Assembly (NCBI GenBank): GCA_963575745.1
Contig: CAUYUJ010000048.1
Location: 124,001 to 188,000 of the forward strand
Reading direction: 5' to 3'
DNA: 64,000 nucleotides
From: Prorocentrum cordatum
Taxonomy: Eukaryota
The number at the start of each line of letters is the position of its first letter. Positions within the stretch are counted from its first letter, which is position 1. This document shows, piece after piece, positions 60,099 to 64,000 of this stretch. The notes beneath the pieces were generated by a model. The model saw nothing but the letters and a program-made list of their open reading frames with translations. It had not been told where the DNA came from and ran no database searches. Made by a program: the position numbers and the translations under genes.

Positions 60099-62034
60099 TA
60101 AGGCTGCCTGTCAGCCGGCTGCCGTCGAAGAAGAGAAACCGACGTAAACATAAGCGGTTGGCGCTCTGCGCGGATTTCTTGGATCCGCGCTGGAAAGTTT
60201 ATATTCGTGCTGTTTGTTCTTCTCCTATGCCGGTGAGCTGGCTAACGCGCTGCCGTGCTCACCACCTAGGCGACCTGGGGTCTCTCCACCGCAAAGGGCC
60301 TCGGACTGTCCAGCGGGTATACCTGCCGTGCAGCGGGTCTCTCCGCCCCGCGGGCGGCCGCGCCTGCGCGGCGCGCCGCCACGGCTGCCACCTCCGCGGC
60401 CGCCAGCTAGCCCTTTCGTGGCATTCCACGTCTGGAACCGCTCGCTCCAGCAGGTCCGCGTCGGGCGGGTCCGCTGGCCGCCGCCGGCGCACGCGGCCCC
60501 GGGTTCGGCACGCGCTGCTCCGTGAGCGGTCCTCGGCGCAGCCGGCGCCGGACCAGGCCGGCGCCACCCTGTTGTCGAGGCCGCCGTGGCTGCGCTCGGC
60601 GCCGCTGCCCAGCGTGCAGGTCGTTGCGTGCACGGCCTCCGCGTCCAGCGGCTGCCCGCATGTCGCAGGCCCAGAGGTTGACACCAACACCAAGATCGGC
60701 GGTGTGCCTCCACCGAGGGAAGACGAGCCCGATGTCGGTGATGGCGGTAATATTCTGGCTGCCAAGGTGACCGAAATATCGCCACCAACACCGAAATCCA
60801 GGATCCTTTTCCCCCTGTGGAGGCAACCCCCTGTGTTGGTGCTGGTGCCAATTTCCAGACCTCCAAGCATGGCGCGCCGCGGGCCCCCCTTTGAGCGGCT
60901 GGGCGGTTCCTGGTGCGTCCGCGCCGCTGCCAGGGGCTGGTCTGCGTGCACGCGGCCCTCGGCAGGCGCACCGCTCGCCAGAGGGGCTCCTCGGGCAGCG
61001 CTGCCCGAGGCGCGGGCCCGCGGGTCGGCGCGGAGGGCGGCGGCGGAGAGCGGGCGGGGGCGTGGGGGGGGCAGGGGAGCAAGGCCCTCGAGGAATGGCT
61101 CCGCGGGCAGGGCCGGCGCGTTCCACTCTCGGGGGCCAGCCGCGCTGACGACGAGGTCGCCGACGGCGACGACGGCGACGACGACGATGGCGACGAGATC
61201 GCCGACGACGGCGGCGGGGGCGGCGGCGGCGGAGGCGAAGACGACGACGGCGACGACGAGATCGACGACGACGACGCCGACGACGAGGACCACGACCACG
61301 ACCACGACCACGACGATGACCGATGCCCTCCTGGAATCGAGGAAGGCGGAGGAATGGGCGAGACGCGCGCAGACACGTCCCCTCACTGCCTCTGCACGGC
61401 CGCGCCCGCAGCTCTCTGCAGCGCCCGAGGGCCCAGAGGGCTCTGGGGACCCGGGCCTGCACCGGAACGGGGACCATCTGCAGCTCCCGCGGGAGCTCTG
61501 CGGAGCCCCGTGCGCCAGGCCCGCGCCCTGGTCGGCCTGGCGGTGCTCCCGTGCGCGGGCCTTCCATTTTTGGAGAGCGGCTCCAGTGGCCGGGCCGCGA
61601 CCGCCACCGGCGACAGCTCCACGCGGGGTCAGAGACCGACTGACAGGTCGTCGGGGGAGGGACGATGCGTTTCGGTGCGAGTCGATGCGATTCGTCAGCC
61701 GCCTGCGATCCGATCCGGTGCGATTCGGTACGCCAGTTGGGGCCGTGATTCCGATTCGAGTCGATTCGGTTGAATTCACCAGCATCGGCCGGGGGCAGCA
61801 GGCGTCCGACGCGGCGATCCGAGTTCGATTGGATTCGGGACGATTCATTGGCGATCCGATCCATTTCCGATCCGACCCGGTTTCGCGAGTCGATCTGGCT
61901 CAGGCCTGCGAACTTGCCGCATTGCTTGGCAGGGGAGGCAAGCAGGCAGACCAGGGCTGTACCTAAACGCTGTTTTGCTGGACTTCGGCCGTGTTTTGTT
62001 CTTCGTTCTGGGAGGGAGGCACAGGAAAACAGAT

Positions 62035-62045
62035 CACGATGATGG

Positions 62046-62080
<35 letters not shown>

Positions 62081-62226
62081 GTGATAATGATGACGATTTT
62101 GATGATGCTGGTGATGGGGATGGTAATTGTTGTGGGACGAGGATGCGAATGAGGACAAGGATGATGAGGATCATGAGGATGATTTCGATTAGGATGGTGA
62201 TGATGCCGACGACGATGATGATTGTG

Positions 62227-62275
<49 letters not shown>

Positions 62276-62909
62276 CGGTGATGATGCTGAAGATGATGAT
62301 GAACATGATCAGGATTATGATCATGATGATGATGGTGGTGGTGGTGGTAACGGTGATGATGAGGACGACGATGATGGTGTTGATGACGGTGACGCTGATT
62401 GTGGCGATGATGATGGTTGTGATCATGATGATGAGGATGAGGCCGAGGACGAGGATAATGATGAGGATGACGAGGATGACGATGAGGATGAATAGCATGA
62501 TGATGATGGTGATTTGATGGTGATGCCGATGATGAGGACAATGCTGATGATGACGATGATGATGGTGGTGGTGGTGATGGTGGTGGTGATGTTGATGGTG
62601 GTGGTGGTGATGATGATGAGAATGAGGACGCGGATGAGGATTATTATGAGGATGGTGGGGATGATGATCATGATGATGATCAAGATCATGATGGTGATGA
62701 TGATGATGATGATGATGTTGATTGAGTTGGTGCTGGTGATGATGAGGATGAGGATGAGGATGATGATGATTGTTGTGGTTGTGATGGTGATGATGATGAT
62801 GACAAGGGTGGTAAAGGTAATGTTGCTGGTGAGGATGAGAATGAGGATGAGGATGACGACGATAAGGATGATGAGAATGACTATCACGATGATGATGATA
62901 ATGCAAATA

Positions 62910-62999
<90 letters not shown>

Positions 63000-63005
63000 A
63001 TGATT

Positions 63006-63044
<39 letters not shown>

Positions 63045-63156
63045 GTGACGGTGGCGGTGTTGGCGATGATGAGTTTGACGAGTATGACGATGGTGATGAT
63101 TGTGGAGGAGGTAGTAGTGGTGATGGTGATCGTGATGATAATGATCATGATGCTGG

Positions 63157-63208
<52 letters not shown>

Positions 63209-63307
63209 GGTGACGATGATGATGATGGTGGTGGTGGTGGTGATCATGATGATGAGGGTGGAGATTAGGACGAGGATGAGGATGATGATGAGGATGATCA
63301 GGATACG

Positions 63308-63344
<37 letters not shown>

Positions 63345-63941
63345 GTGATGGTGATGGTGGTGATGATGACGGCGATGATAATGATATTAGTTATGATGAT
63401 GGTGATGATGATGATGGTGGTGGTGATAATAATGACGAGGATGATGATGAGTATGATGATGTTGTCAGTGATGAGGATGAGGATGAGGATGAGGAAGACG
63501 ATGGTAATGATGATGATGTTGCTGATGCTGATGTTAGTGCTGATGCTGAGTCGGGGAAACGTAAGACTCGAGTGCGCCGGAACTCGGGTTTGACGTTGCT
63601 CTTCGACGAGCCAATTTTAACGGTCCAGTTTTCGTGGGATGCTCTCAGCGGGAGTTGGCGTCAAATTTCAGATTTGGTCGCGTCATGTTCATGATGGCTC
63701 CGCCAAATCAATCCGAGTCCCCCGAACCCGCCGAGCCTCACGTCTACCCGGCTTACGATGATGATGGTGGTGAGGTTGATGATGTTGCTGATGATGATGG
63801 TGGTGGTGGTGAGATGGTAATGCTGATGACGATGATAAGGATGAGGATGCTGATGATGGTGATATGCATGAGGATGAGGAGAAATTGGGTCAGGATGCGG
63901 ATGCGGATGCGGATGCGGATGCAGATACGGATGATGATGGG

Positions 63942-63989
<48 letters not shown>

Positions 63990-64000
63990 CGATGACGATG
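62035..64000. repeat. Degenerate (GAT)n microsatellite
   Basis: Visible trinucleotide run to the window end. Confidence 0.95.
63549..63753. mobile_element. MITE-like insertion inside the GAT microsatellite
   Basis: Unique sequence interrupts (GAT)n. Ends AGTCGGGGAAACGTAAGACTCG / CGAGCCTCACGTCTACCCGGCT are imperfectly inverted. Confidence 0.55.

Noticed and set aside
60669..60845. Exon-like segment GPEVDTNTKIGG..
   Set aside because: It lies within an imperfect inverted repeat (CACCAACAC / GTGTTGGTG), so a small TIR element is more likely.
60158..62158. Overlapping 380-600 aa ORFs on both strands
   Set aside because: GC-rich, stop-poor low-complexity sequence with no domain. Small true exons within it (e.g. 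ending at the GTGAG near 60233) cannot be excluded.
61963..63593. Poly-Met/His/Ile/Asp ORFs
   Set aside because: They are translations of the (GAT)n microsatellite.

Overview
GC-rich, repeat-saturated eukaryotic nuclear DNA, most consistent with a dinoflagellate. The evidence is relict dinoflagellate spliced-leader (SL) motifs, GC/GA splice donors after AG, and tiny exons in multi-kb introns. Almost all long ORFs in the supplied track are artefacts of microsatellites and satellites. Real content: (1) the 3' half of a + strand aldo/keto reductase gene in six short exons from 2930 to 35875, with a ~21.7 kb intron; (2) a decayed, apparently 5'-complete non-LTR retrotransposon (~45430-52700) with zinc finger, APE endonuclease, RT and RNase H-like regions, whose 5' end is three tandem SL relics; (3) a ~155-bp element without long TIRs, flanked by TCA, with 10 copies all in the same orientation; (4) several MITE families, some nested and one carrying a PIF1-helicase-like fragment; (5) many tandem arrays; (6) a low-confidence second + strand multi-exon gene. 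No CRISPR array, rRNA or tRNA was recognised. All calls were made by eye; no searches were run.
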